This document shows positions 25,047 to 38,040 of a stretch of 64,000 nt of DNA, in pieces. The stretch is from Octopus sinensis (lineage: Eukaryota), in contig NC_043001.1 of assembly GCF_006345805.1 (NCBI RefSeq), positions 14,570,001-14,634,000 of the forward strand, given 5' to 3'. Every line of letters starts with the position of its first letter. Position 1 is the first letter of the stretch. The notes below the pieces were generated by a model. That model searched no databases, had not been told where the DNA came from, and saw nothing but the letters and a program-made list of their open reading frames with translations. The translations under genes and the position numbers were made by a program.

Positions 25047-25250
25047 GTCATCATCATCATCATCATCATCGTTTAACGTCCGTTCTCCATGCTAGCATGG
25101 GTTGGACGGTTCAACCGGGGATCTGGGAAGCCCGAAGGCTGCACCAGGCTCCAGTCTTATCTGGCAGTGTTTCTACAGCTGGATGCCCTTCCTAACACCA
25201 ACCACTCCGTGAGTGTAGTGGGTGCTTTTTACGTGCCACCTGCACTGGTG
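25047..25250 (-). mobile_element. RTE 3' tail fragment
   Basis: Homologous to 21070-21270. Confidence 0.75.
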
Positions 25251-25591
25251 CCATTAGAATATAACAGGATGGTCACACCTGGAAGGCTTCTTTTGATTAT
25301 CAACAGCAACAGGCAAAATATTTTGAAATATGTTCATATTTACAAGCTAAAAATAGCGCCTCTATATAGTCACTCAACCTGCTAAAAATAGCAGCTAAGT
25401 TCTCTCAAATCACAATTATCTTTTAAAAATAAAAAGAGCACTTTGGACATACAGCTATGTGGTTAAGAAGCTGACTTTGTAACCAAATGGTTCTAAGTTC
25501 AGTCCCACCTTGGGTAAGTCTCCTATCCATGGGCCTGGGCCAACCAATACTTTGGGAATGAATTTACCAGATGGAAACTATGTGGAAGTTC

Positions 25592-25624
<33 letters not shown>

Positions 25625-25990
25625 CACTCACTGCTTGGAAACAAGTATTGGTTTGTTTATATCCCCATAACTTAACTGGTTGGAAAAAGAGAGAGATAAT
25701 ATAAAAACAAAAAACAAAATGTACTGGGGTTGATTTGTTTTACTGAAAGCCTTCAAGGTTGTGCTCCAGTCTGGTCACAGCCAAATAACAAGTAAAAAGA
25801 TGAAAGATGACATTATATATGTATATATATATCTAGAAGTGAGTTTGGAGCGATATATATTATCCGAGCGGTTACTGTGTTATCTCTCAGTCGAGTGCTA
25901 GTTGACAGCTAACCACAATGGTCAATATCCACACGTAGGTTATTATGATATACTATATATAACTATAAAATAGATTTTGTAGAATTTTGG

Positions 25991-26358
25991 CTTGCTAACC
26001 AACCACATGGTTCAGGGTTCAGTCCCACTGCGTGGCACCTTGGGCAAGTGTCTTCTACTATAGCCCCGGGCCGACCAAAGCCTTGTGAGTGGATTTGGTA
26101 GACGGAAACTGAAAGAAGCCCGTCATATATATATGTGTGTGTGTGTATACGTTTGTGTGTCTGTGTTTGTCCCCCCAACATCGCTTGACAACTGATGCTG
26201 GTGTGTTTATGTCCCCCATAACTTAGCGGTTCGGCAAAAGAGACCGATAGAATAAGTACTAGGCTTACAAAGAATAAGTCCCCGGGTCGATTTGCTCGAC
26301 TAAAGGCGGTGCTCCAGCATGGCCAGTCACAGTCAAATGACTGAAACAAGTAAAAGAG
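25991..26358 (+). mobile_element. SINE family A, 5' truncated
   Basis: Homology to 899-1308. Confidence 0.8.
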
Positions 26359-26409
26359 AATATATATACAGAAATACACATACAATATACCTGTGTGTAT
26401 GTATATATA

Positions 26410-26612
26410 GTTAATCCAAACAAGAAAACACAAAAAAACACAACAACGCGAGGACGTGGAACAAATATAGTATTATTGGACGCTCAGGAAAGAAGGGAAG
26501 ACGGAGGGTTTAACGTTTCGAGCGGAGCACTTCGTCGGAAACATAGAAGGAAAGATCCCAAGAAGGGAAGACAGAGGAAAAAAAATCGCCAACGGTACAC
26601 ACGAGGTCACTC
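26410..26612 (-). mobile_element. Related Penelope-like fragment
   Basis: gttt-CCGACGA-A-GTGC tcc GCTC-GAAAC-GTT-aaac (26542-26508); shares the gctcagga anchor. Confidence 0.5.
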
Positions 26613-26724
26613 ATATATATATATATATCATCATCATCATCGTTTAACGTCCGCTTTCCATGCTAGCATGGGTTGGACGGTTCAACTGGGGTCTGGCAAG
26701 CTCAAAGGCTGCACCAGGCCAGTC

Positions 26725-26757
<33 letters not shown>

Positions 26758-26826
26758 TGCATACCAGTGTATCTGTATGTGTATATATATATCATACCAG
26801 TGTGTGAGTGTATGTGTGAATTCTTT

Positions 26827-26869
<43 letters not shown>

Positions 26870-27451
26870 AGGGCAACCAAGATGGAACGTCTTTGATCCT
26901 AGATCTGCTCAGTCAGGATTGACCAGGGGTTAAACAGGAACAATATTTCAAAATTTTATCAAAAAAATATATACATACATAAAGGCAGAGGGGGAAAGGT
27001 GGGGGGGAATAAATTTAGTCTCAAAATGTCAAGATTTGAGTTGCAAACTAACGAGAAGGTAATCAAGTGCATAACTCTAATGAGATTAATGACAGCAGAA
27101 CTAAAAGGTCAAGATTAATAACATTAACACAGATAAGAGAAAGGCCAGGTGGTGGTGGTGTTATTGTTCAGCTATGGGTCAGCAAACTGGGTTAGGAAAT
27201 ATACCAACCATGACCACACCAACTTTTTCCTGTGTACAAGGAACCTACAATAGATAACAATCCACTGTATTCTTTGCCAGGACAATGGAGTGTGATATTA
27301 GAAAGAGATCAGCTGTTATTTTTAGCATGTCCTGTGACCATGTAAGGTGCAGTTAGTGTCAGGCTAAACTGAATCAGTACTTTACTATATCATTTGTTTA
27401 ACCCTTAGGGGCCGACAGGGCTAGTCTGTCAGCCGAAAAGTCCTTTTTTTT

Positions 27452-27978
27452 TTTTACTTGTTTCAGTCATTTGACTGCGGCCATGCTGGAGCACCGCCTT
27501 TAGTCGAGCAAATCGACCGCAGGACTTGCTCTTTGTAAGCCTAGTCGCTAAGTTACCGGGACGTAAACACACCAGCATCGGTTGTCAAGCAATGCCGGGT
27601 GGACAAACACAGACACACAAACATATATACACATACATATATGTGCATATATACGATGGGTTTCTTTCAGTTTCCGTCTACTAAATCCACTCACAAGGCT
27701 TTGGTCAGCCCAAGGCTATAGTAGAAGACACTTGCCCAAGGTGCCACGCAGTGGGACTGAACCTGGAACCATGTAGTTCGTAAGCAAGCTACTTTATTTC
27801 ATAACATTTGCCATAAAGGCAGTACACAGAGTAAGTTAGCTTTGCGGGCTGGACGAGGACATTAATGAAATGAATGATAATGAAAGAAAGATGATGGGGA
27901 TGGGAGAAGACAAAAAGCGCCCGACGACTTTCGCTTCTCTTAAGCAAGCTACTTACCACACAGCTACTCCTACGCCTA
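27452..27978 (-). mobile_element. SINE family A split by the 146-bp insertion
   Basis: Head resumes at 27955 after the TSD. Confidence 0.8.
27795..27940 (-). mobile_element. 146-bp retro-insertion inside a SINE head
   Basis: Flanked by perfect 14-bp TSD TAAGCAAGCTACTT (27781-27794, 27941-27954). Confidence 0.7.
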
Positions 27979-28922
27979 CAGATTGTATTAGTTCATTCAA
28001 TTTCCTACAAGGATATATATAGTTTTATATATGTAAAGTAATTGCTGTATTTTTTTATAATTTTTTTTTTTTCAATAAGAGCATGCCTTATGTGGGGCTT
28101 GTGAAAGGGGCTACTCTGTCTTGAAACTGAAACTCCAAATGGGGCTCCACCTCCAAAGAGTTACCCATTTAGCATTTAAATAGGCCACATTCAGCCCAAA
28201 CATTCCACCTCTTTTATGTTCAAACCAACCGACCACAACTGGCCTCTCACACCTACCCTACAATGTCATTCTAAAAAGCAAACAAGCATGATCTCAATGA
28301 TCTGATTAATTTAGAACAAAAGCTAAGTGTAGTCTTTTGACCTGCCTGTTCCTGTCAAGCGGTCCTACCCATTCCAGCAAGGAAACATTAAATGATGATG
28401 ATGATGACGATATTTGACAGAATGATTTGAATGCCAAAGGTTAATCCTTTTCATGTGCCAACCCATTTGAAATGGCCTCAGTTCTCTGAGACAAACTTCC
28501 TGTTTTTATGTTATCCTAATTAAAACCCGTCCATCTCCATCAAAGTTCCATGTTAGTCTTTGTTCCAAACAACAGTTTAACCCTTTCGACCCAGAATTTT
28601 CTCTCATGATCTGGATGTATTTTCTTTGAAATTTTGGTAAAACTATATCGTGCAAATGCTTATTAGACAGTTTGTGACGGTGCCAATTATGTAGACACTA
28701 TTTTTAGTTTGGTACATATTTGTACCATTTTGGGTTTTCTAATCTACCATGCATGTAATGTATTTAGATGAAGTACCCATTCCTTTACTACCCACAAGGG
28801 GCTAAACATAGAGAGGACAAACAAGGACAAACAAAGGGATTAAGTCGATTACATCGACCCCAGTGCGTAACTGGTACTTATTCAATCGACCCTGAAAGGA
28901 TGACACAACAGAATATTATTAA

Positions 28923-29318
28923 CTAGCAGTATCGCCCAGCGTTGCTCGGTTTGTAAGGGAAATAACTATAAAGTATTTTTAGAGAGTTGTAGCCAAAAAA
29001 TAGCAAAAAAATGCATTAAAAATAGGAAAAAAATTATGGTAAATTTTTTTTTAAATCATTGACTAATCGTAGACATTTTTAGAGAGTTACTTCCCTTATA
29101 TAATAGCGAAAAAATGCATTAAAATGGAAAAAAATTATGGTAAATTATTTTTAAAATCGTAGACTCATCGTAGACGCGCGCTAATACCCAGAAGGGCTCG
29201 ATATGAATCACGACTATAAGATACCCGGTTTTGGTTACACTGCACCGCAAAATGTGGGAGTAGTTAGGAATCTAAATCGTAGGAGACAGACACACAACTT
29301 CTCTTTTATATATAAAGA
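28923..29318 (-). mobile_element. Non-autonomous Helitron, subfamily H2
   Basis: Minus strand A|TCTTTATATAT...CCGAGCAACGCTGGGCGATACTGCTAG|T: 5' TC, 3' CTAG, subterminal hairpin, A/T target. Confidence 0.75.
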
Positions 29319-29938
29319 TACGTTTGTAGTAAAGAAAATGTTATAAATAACTTACCAAAGCACGAAAACCAATAATAAACACTTAAAAGTAGTCGGTAAT
29401 GGAGTGGCGGAAGGATTGTATGCATGCAAGCCCTTGGAGGTGTCATTACAGTGTCATGCACTCCGATCATATGTCTGGCACTACATGCACTACCATTGGC
29501 ACTACACTGGAGCAGTACTTAACTGCATCAGAATAGAATGGGAATTTTAAAGATTTGGGTTGTAAAGTTTTTGACCGAAAGAATTAAGAGTGAAGTTATT
29601 CTATTAAATTTTTCATTATTTTAAAAAATTAACTGACACAAAAGCAGTTTTATTTCTTGGGAGATTTGGTAACAAAAGTGGAACCCATTCATTACCATTA
29701 TTTTGTTAAAAAATAGGTTTTCTCAATGTCATGTGTAAACAAGTTTGTTTACTTATGCCGTAATCTTTTTGACATCTAGCATTTCTGGATCACTTTATAA
29801 CTTCTAAGATTGCAGAAGAATTTGTTGGTCGACAGTTTAGCTTAAAGGTAGAGCACTCTAACCGGATATTAGAGGGCTGTGGGTTCAATCCTCATGGCTG
29901 GTTGCTGACAAATTTTTCTGCTCTTAAAAGGATTTTAT

Positions 29939-29972
<34 letters not shown>

Positions 29973-30024
29973 GGTGCCCCAGCATGGCCGCGGCCTTTGG
30001 GCTAAAACATTTTTAAGGATTTAA

Positions 30025-30062
<38 letters not shown>

Positions 30063-30068
30063 TATATA

Positions 30069-31085
30069 TCATCATCATCATCATCATCATTTAGCGTCCG
30101 TTTTCCATGCTAGCATGGGTTGGACGGTTCAACTGGGGTCTGGGGAGCCCGAAGGCTGCACCAGGCCAGTCAGATCTGGCAGTGTTTCTACAGCTGGATG
30201 CCCTTCCTAACGCCAACCACTCCGAGAGTGTAGTGGGTGATTTTATGTGCCACCGACACAGGTGCCAGACGAGGCTGGCGAACGGCCACGCTCGGATGGT
30301 GTTTTTATGTGCCACCGACACAGGTGCCAGACGAGGCTGGCAGACAGCCACGCTCGGATGGTGTTTTTATGTGCCACCGACACAGGTGCCAGATGAGGCT
30401 GGCGGACGGCCACGATCGGATGGTGTTTGTTACGTCCCCAAAGCACGGAGGCCAGTCTATGCGGTACTGGCTACAGCCACGTTCGGATGATTTTCTTGTG
30501 TGCCACCGGCACTGGTACCACAAAGATACAAATTCCATTGATGTTCATCTATTTTGATTTGTTTTGATTTGATTTGATTTTCACTTGCCTCAACAGGTCT
30601 TCACAAGTGTCACAAGAAGGAAGGTATGCACAGGTGGACTGACTACGTCCCAGGTAGGGGCCACGGGTTATGGCCTGACTAGTCTTGCCGGGTCTTCGGA
30701 TGGTGTTTTTATGTGCCACCGACACAGGTGCCAGATGAGGCTGGCGAACGGCCACGATTGGATGGTGTTTGTTGCGTGCCCACAGCACGGAGGCCAGTCG
30801 ATGCGGTACTGGCTACGGCCACGTTCGGATGGTTTTCTTGTGTGCCACCGGCACTGGTACCACAAAGATACAAATTCCATTGATGTTCATCTATTTTGAT
30901 TTGATTTGATTTGATTTTCACTTGCCTCAACAGGTCTTCACAGGTCTTCACAAGTGTCACAAGCAGGAAGGAAGGTATGCACAGGTGGACTGACTACGTC
31001 CCAAGTAGGGGCCACGGGTTATGGCCTGACTAGTCTTGCCGGGTCTTCGGTTGGTGTTTTTATGTGCCACCGACACAGGTGCCAG
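30069..31085 (-). mobile_element. RTE 3' UTR copy with tandem duplication (~355-bp period)
   Basis: (CAT)n start on +; the KTRQD* ORF end appears twice (about 30680 and 31035). Confidence 0.8.
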
Positions 31086-32454
31086 ATATATACTGTTCGT
31101 GTTTTCTTTGCTTTTAATGTTGGAATCATGAAGAATTTAGTAAAATAACCAATGTTAAGTTTGTGTTTTATTTACAAGTAATTATATTTTCTTGTCAAAC
31201 TACTGTCGGATAAGTGTGAGTAATAAGAGTGTGTGTGTGTGTGTGTACAACATAGATAACAGGAAGACACTCCCAAAGTTAAGTGGGGAGATTTCCAATA
31301 ATGGGTTGAAAATTTGTGAAACAGGATTTATATTTGGTCAAATGGTGAAGAGAAAGACAGACAGATATATGTGTGCGTGTGAATACAAAGGAGGGTTTAA
31401 AAATAAGAACAACAGAGGAAACACACACACAAAACTAGGGAAAAGCGGTAACTTATGAATCCTCAAAACAGCACATTTTTACCTGTCTGCATTTGAACAT
31501 TTATAGGTTTACGGCATCCCCCTCTTCATAAAACATTACCAACAAAACATACTCTGACATCATAGCAATGCTCTATTGAACCAAACAGACAGAGGTAGTT
31601 AGATTGTCATTCAATAAACTAGAAAAGTTCCGTATAGGAACAAGATCTAATACGTCCATCATAAACTATGTCACCGACACAGGATATCCTTTACTTCAAA
31701 CAGGATAGGTAATAAAAGAAACCACTTTTGTCGTTTTAGATTTTCACATAAAACCATCATTATCGTTGTTTTTAACCTTTTAGCATTTAAACTGGCTGTA
31801 TCCAGTTCAAATAGTCTTTAATATTCAAACTACATCTCATACCTAAGGAATTTCTGCAACTCATTTCAGAACAAATATCTCAAGAAACTTAGAAAAATTA
31901 CCAATATTTTAGTCTTTTTGTAGTAGATCATATCTTTTGGTGTCTAGGGAGAGTCATTTTCTTTTTGTGCCTTATAATCTAACACACTCACCGGTAAAAT
32001 TTCCACTTATTTCTTATTTTTATTTTCCTGAAATTTTAGTTGCGTCTTGCAACCTTTTCATTTATATATCTTGACTATTAAAAAGGTTACAAGACGCAAC
32101 GAAAATTTTAGGAAAATAAAATTAAGCAATAAGTGGAAATTTTACCGATGAGTGTATTAAATAATAAGGCAAAAAAAGAAAATGACTCTCCCCAGACACA
32201 ACAGAATATGCTTCAACACACGAACTCATATAAAGAATCTTGCAAACCAAATCCAAAAACGAAATATCTTTTGGTGATACACAATGAAAGATATACACAT
32301 GAACAGATATCTTTGGTTACCTGAAGCTAAAATACAAGATGCTTGATTATGGTGATATGCCAAGGAAATGAATCTGGAATCACATTGTTGGAAGTTTTGT
32401 TTCCACATTTCAAACAAAAAACTCTTGTAAATGATTCTACTATTGAGAACAGAG

Positions 32455-32960
32455 AGAATATTTCTTTATTGCCCACAGGGGGCTAAACATAGAGGAGACA
32501 AACCCTTTAAGGTGGTGCTCCATCATGGTCGCAGTCAAGTGACTGAAAGAAGTAAAAGAATATATAGCTGGATGGTCATATTCTTTTCTACTCTAGGCAC
32601 AAGGCTGAAAATTTTTAGAGGGGGGGGGCAGTCAATTAGATTAACTCCAGTATGCAACTGGTACTTAATTTATCGACCCCGAAAGGATGAAAAGCAAAGT
32701 CGACCTCAGCGGAATTTGAACTCAGAACGTAGCGGCAGACGAAATAGCTATTTCTTTACTACCCACAAGGGCCTAAACACAGAGAGGACAAACAAAGAAA
32801 GACAAACGGATTAAGTCGGTTATATCAACCCCAGTGCGTAACTGGTACTTTATTTATCGACCCCCGAGAGAATGAAAGGCAAAGTCGACCTCGGCGGAAT
32901 TTGAACTCAGAACAGCAGACAGAAATGCCGCTAAGTATTTCACCCGGTGTGCTGACGAAC
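32455..32960 (-). mobile_element. SINE family B multimer
   Basis: Homology to 14783-15212. Confidence 0.75.
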
Positions 32961-33924
32961 CAGCCAGTTCACCACCCTAAACAGAGAAAATATTGGTAAA
33001 AGAAATATCACCATCATTTAACATCTGTTATGTTATGACAGGTGATGTCGTTTGACATCATATCACCGTCATTTAACAGTCAACCAGCATGGTACAGGTT
33101 GAATGGCTTGACAGAATCCAGGGGTCTCACAGACTGCTTCATGCTCTAGTGGTTCTACTGACCTTACATTATGGTAAGTCTCCCACAAAATCTCTCATTA
33201 CAGAATGCAGTTTCTTACATTATGGAAGGATTCTAATTTGGATAAAAACTTTAAAACAAAATAGATTTGAGGCAGGTTGATACCAACAGAGTTAAAAAAA
33301 AAATTGGGGGAATCCAAAAACCCAAAGTATAATTCTAATTTTAGAAGCAGTACACCCATGATAAATTAATCACATCTTGATAGGAAAATATTTGAACAAA
33401 CTTTTTTAGATGACAATCTAACCGTATTCTACATAAAATATATTTCTCTAGATATGGTGAGAAGATATCTACTAAAAACTTCATTATTTCCAAACTAATG
33501 TAGAATGAATTTTACATATTTTACAATTAATCACTAAGGGGGTGGGGTGTGTCCTAGGAAAACAAACACAACTGAATAATTCAGGCTTTACTCATGTTGA
33601 ATATTCAAAATGTTTAACGAATTTGTGCTAGATATTTAACTAACCAGTTCAAAAATTTTTGGACCAACTGAAAATATTTTATCAGGTTAGTCAAGTACAG
33701 TTTACTGCCAGGAAATATTTTGGATATTAGATCACCTGCTTGCCTCACTCTAATCTTAATGAATTCCTAATTTATATTTACCTGGAAATATACAAAAATC
33801 TCACCTTTGATCAGAGACACACCTGTTAATAACAATAGCTGTTGACTTTACTCATTGCTGCCTCATTCATATCATAACCTTTTGTCTGATAACAAAAACT
33901 AAAAAAAAAAAAACTATTCTTTTC

Positions 33925-34775
33925 TTTGTTTCAGTCATTTGACTGCGGCCATGCTGGAGCACCGCCTTTAGTAGAACAAATCGACCCCAGGACTTATTCT
34001 AAGCCTATTACTTAATCTATTGGTATCTTTTGCTGAACTGCTAAGTTACAGGGACGTAAACACATCAACATCGGTTGTTAAGTGATGGTCGGGAGGACAA
34101 ACAGACACACAGACATACATCATCATCATCATCATCATTTAACGTCCGCTTTCCATGCTAGCATGGGTTGGACGGTTCAACTGGGGTCTGGGGAGCCCGA
34201 AAGCTGCACCAGTCCAGTCAGATCTGGCAGTGTTTCTACAGCTGGATGCCCTTCCTAACGCCAACCACTCCGAGAGTGTAGTGGGTGATTTTATGTGCCA
34301 CCGACACAGGTGCCAGACGAGGCTGGCAAACGGCCACGCTCTGATGGTGTTTTTTATGTGCCACCGACACAGGTGCCAGACGAGGCTGGCAGACGGCCAC
34401 GCTCGGATGGTGTTTTTATGTGCCACCGACACAGGTGCCAGATGAGGCTGGCAAACGGCCACGATCGGATGGTGCTTGTTACGTGCCCACAGCACGGAGG
34501 CCAGTCGATGCGGTACTGGCTACGGCCACGTTCGGATGGTTTTCTTGTGTGCCACGTGCCACCGGCACTGGTACCACAAAGATACAAATTCCATTGATGT
34601 TCATCTATTTTGATTTGTTTTATACATATATATGACAGGCTTCTTTCAGTGTCCATCTACCAAAGCCCCAGGCAGTAGTAGAAGACACTTACCCAAGATG
34701 CCATGCAGTAAGACTGAACTGGAGACCATGCAGTTGGTAAGCAAGCTACTTACCACACAGCCATGCCTGTGCCTA
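33925..34775 (-). mobile_element. SINE family A split by an RTE tail
   Basis: Right arm 33925-34116, left arm 34630-34775. Confidence 0.75.
34117..34620 (-). mobile_element. RTE 3' UTR copy, same subfamily as 30069, inside a family-A SINE
   Basis: Shares ctggggagcccga, cagtcagatctgg and caaagatacaaattccattg variants with 30.1-30.6 kb. Confidence 0.8.
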
Positions 34776-34939
34776 TGATAACAAAAACTAAAAAAAAAAA
34801 TCTATGATAATTTGTTTAAAGTAAGTTTTAAAAACTCTAATGTTTTAATATTGTTCTTATTACATTGGCTAAGGGTAGTGAGGTGAAAAAAACTATTACC
34901 GTACCAGTGGCATTTTGGTTCTTTGTTTTCAGTTAAAAT

Positions 34940-35472
34940 ATTACCAAGGTTGACTTTGCCTTTTATGCTCTGAAGGTCAATAAGTACCAGTTGAGCACTG
35001 GGGTCCATGCAGTCGACTCCGCCTTCCCCACTTCAAAACTGCTGGCATTGTGCCAATATTCGAATTATTTGTTTCTACTCTACGCACAAGGCCCAAAATT
35101 TTTTTTTCGGGGGGGGGGCAGTCAATTAGAACCACCCCAGTGTGCAACTGGTACTTAATTTATCAACCCCCGAAAGGATGAAAGGCAAAGTTGACCTTGG
35201 CAGAATTTGAACTCAGAACGTAACGGCAGACGAAATACCTATTTCTTTACTACCCACAAGGGGCTAAACACAGAAGGGACAAACAAGGACAGACAAATGG
35301 ATTAAGTCAATTATATCGACCCCAGTGCGTAACTAGTACATAATTTATCGACCCCGAAAGGATGAAAGGCAAAGTCGACCTCAGCGGAATCTGAACTCAG
35401 AACGTAAAGGCAGATGAAATACCTCTAGGCATTTCGCCTGGCATGCTAACGTTTCTGCCAGCTTGCTGCCTT
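34940..35472 (-). mobile_element. SINE family B multimer
   Basis: Homology to 14783-15212. Confidence 0.75.
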
Positions 35473-36109
35473 CTAAAAATTAGATTGGTGTTCATTTGTA
35501 TCAAACAGGCTACTAGCCGATGACTATCCACAGGCGCAATCCCACTACTTCTCAACATGGAGTCTTTTGCCTGCTGCATTTCCACCCTGGGCCAAAGTGC
35601 CCGCCCTCCCCCTTAGGCAACCTGGTCCTGACGAGCTCCCTCTCCAGACAACCGATCGCCAGAGAAGACAGACTACCAGGACTCCCATGCTCAAACCGGC
35701 CAACCAACCAAACCTCTGAGTAGCTGGATTACAGGATGGGCTAAGACACTGCTCTCATCACCATCTGACAAACACCTACAGGTATTTTAATGAACAAAAT
35801 GAGGTAATCTATAAAGTAGTCAACCTACAATAGAAATAACAGACTTCATCATTTTAATGTCTGGTTTCCATGCTTGCATTGGTAAGGACAGAATTCACTG
35901 AGGCAGATTTGAACCAGATGTCCTTCCTGTTGTTAACCCTTCCGGATTTTCAAGTAGAATAATATACTCCCCCATGTCCAAACAAGTTTTCATGGACAGT
36001 GGTGACAGTCAATTACAACCATTACACACACTCAAGACACTAACACACATACACACAATTGTGTGTGTGTGTGTGTATATATATATATAAATAAATATAT
36101 ACATATATA

Positions 36110-36270
36110 TAGGGAGAGTTTACGAAAAAAAACAAAAGACGAAGACAAGTGGCGTACAAAACAAACAGATGTATTAGTATAACGCTCAGGAATAGAAAAA
36201 GTCTTTTACGTTTCAAGCCTACGCTCTTCTACAGAAAGGGACACAGAAAAAACAAGGAGAGAAAAAAAAA
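36110..36270 (-). mobile_element. Penelope-like terminal-repeat fragment
   Basis: CTGTAGA-A-GAGC gtag GCTT-GAAAC-GTA (36238-36202). Confidence 0.55.
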
Positions 36271-36463
36271 ATATATATATATATATATAAAGTTAAATAA
36301 GGGTAGAAATTATCGTTTTTCGTATATTTTCATTTGTCTTGCTTATTTTTACACTTTGGTTTTTTGCTGAGTTTTTTCTTGAAAACACATTCTTCGTGGA
36401 AAATGGCGATTTGACGTCTATATCTAGCATATAGGCTGTCCACTTTCAGTGGTCAGTCTTCTA

Positions 36464-36528
<65 letters not shown>

Positions 36529-36899
36529 GCTGAGACCCCTTTCGGTCATGACTGACCATGGGATTGCACCTAGAAAGTTACCCTCCCAGGCACAAGCCCG
36601 GGCAAGGTTGTTTTTTTTTTATGGAATAGCTTAATAGAATAGCCTTTGCTCATACGTCTACTCAATCAGGTTGACCAGGGGTTAAACAACAGGTATATTT
36701 ATATAACAGTTACACAGTCTTTTATCTTATTTTATAAGATGGTAACGAACAGAAATGCTTCATCGAGATAGTAATCTTAGGCCTAGATTATCGCTGAATG
36801 AACAGAAACTAGAAGATGACAAAACCAGATGATACACAAAAATCTATTTTGGGGTTTGCTATCTCACCAACCTGTTTTTATTAGCATTCCTTCCTTGCC

Positions 36900-37625
36900 A
36901 AATTAACCCTTTCCTTACGGTATTTACTTTGAGATTCTCTGTGTTTCTTTCAATTACTTTAAATATAACAAAGAATTTAGTAAAATAACTTAGTTATCAT
37001 TCAGCTAGTGTTAGGAACATAAATTGTGACTAAGGTTTGGTGGAAGATTTTAATTCAGAACTTCTGAAAACAAGAAATTTGTACTACAGAGCCAGAGCTG
37101 GTTTCAGCCAGGTTGGTATCGAAAGGGTTAAAATATAACAAAGAATTTAGTAAAATAACTTAGTTATCATTAAGCTAGTGTTAGGAACATAAATTGTGAC
37201 TACGGTTTGGTAGAAGATTCTAATTCAAAACTTCTGAAAACAAGACATTTGTACTACAGAGCCTGAGGTGGTTTCAGCCAGGTTGGTAACAAAAGGGTTC
37301 AGAATTATTTCTCTGTTATATATTTTAACTCTTTTGTTACCACATTTCTGTTAAGATGCTCTGTGTTTCAAATGGAAAAAGGTTGTGGAACACTGCTTTA
37401 ACCCTTTAGTGTTTAAACCAGCTATATCCGGCCCAAATATTCTATACATTTTATGCTCAAACTGGCCAGAACCAGCATCTCACACCTACCCTGCAATGTC
37501 ACCCTAAAAATAAGCAATTACATCTTTCCTGTCTTGAAGGTACAAAATAATATTGGATAATTTTTTTTAAATATGAATAAATAAGGATTACTTTTGACAA
37601 ATTAATCTGAATGCTAAAGGGTCAA
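36900..37625. mobile_element. Cluster of P1 and P2 TTAA MITEs
   Basis: P1 36903-37130, partial P1 to 37300, P1 start 37325-37370, P2 37398-37625. Confidence 0.7.
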
Positions 37626-37970
37626 AAGTGGGATTAACCTAGTTGTACATTAACCTGTTCATCTCTGCATTTTTTCTGCCCCATGACCAACTGCGATGTA
37701 CTCACCAATCACACATAATGTGAGGTAGGTGGTAGTAGTATATTTCCTTTAGACTGCGGACCGGAGATTTCTCTCAAATCTTATATCTTCTTCATTTTAG
37801 ATTTAATGTCACTGTCCCAAGTCACTGTTGAAAGTGTTGTTGTTGTAGCACTAGAAGTAATGGAGGTAGTAAGAAAATTATATTTATCAAATGAAATATT
37901 CTATAGAAAGCTAAATAAATAACTTTGAAAATGAGTGTTTTCAGCAAGTTGAACTTCAATGGATTTAGAT

Positions 37971-38038
37971 GTATGAAGGGTGTGTGAAAAGTCTTGAGCC
38001 TCAAAAAAAGCTCAAAACTTTTCATACACCCTGCGTAC
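37971..38038. mobile_element. 68-bp palindromic mariner-type micro-MITE
   Basis: 29-bp arms gtatgaagggtgtgtgaaaagtcttgagc / gctcaaaacttttcatacaccctgcgtac with 10-nt spacer; TA at the termini. Confidence 0.6.
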
Positions 38039-38040
38039 AG

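Noticed and set aside
29356-29522. Minus-strand segment with acceptor and GTAAGT donor
   Set aside because: Stops in all three frames and no claudin similarity; a non-coding exon cannot be excluded.
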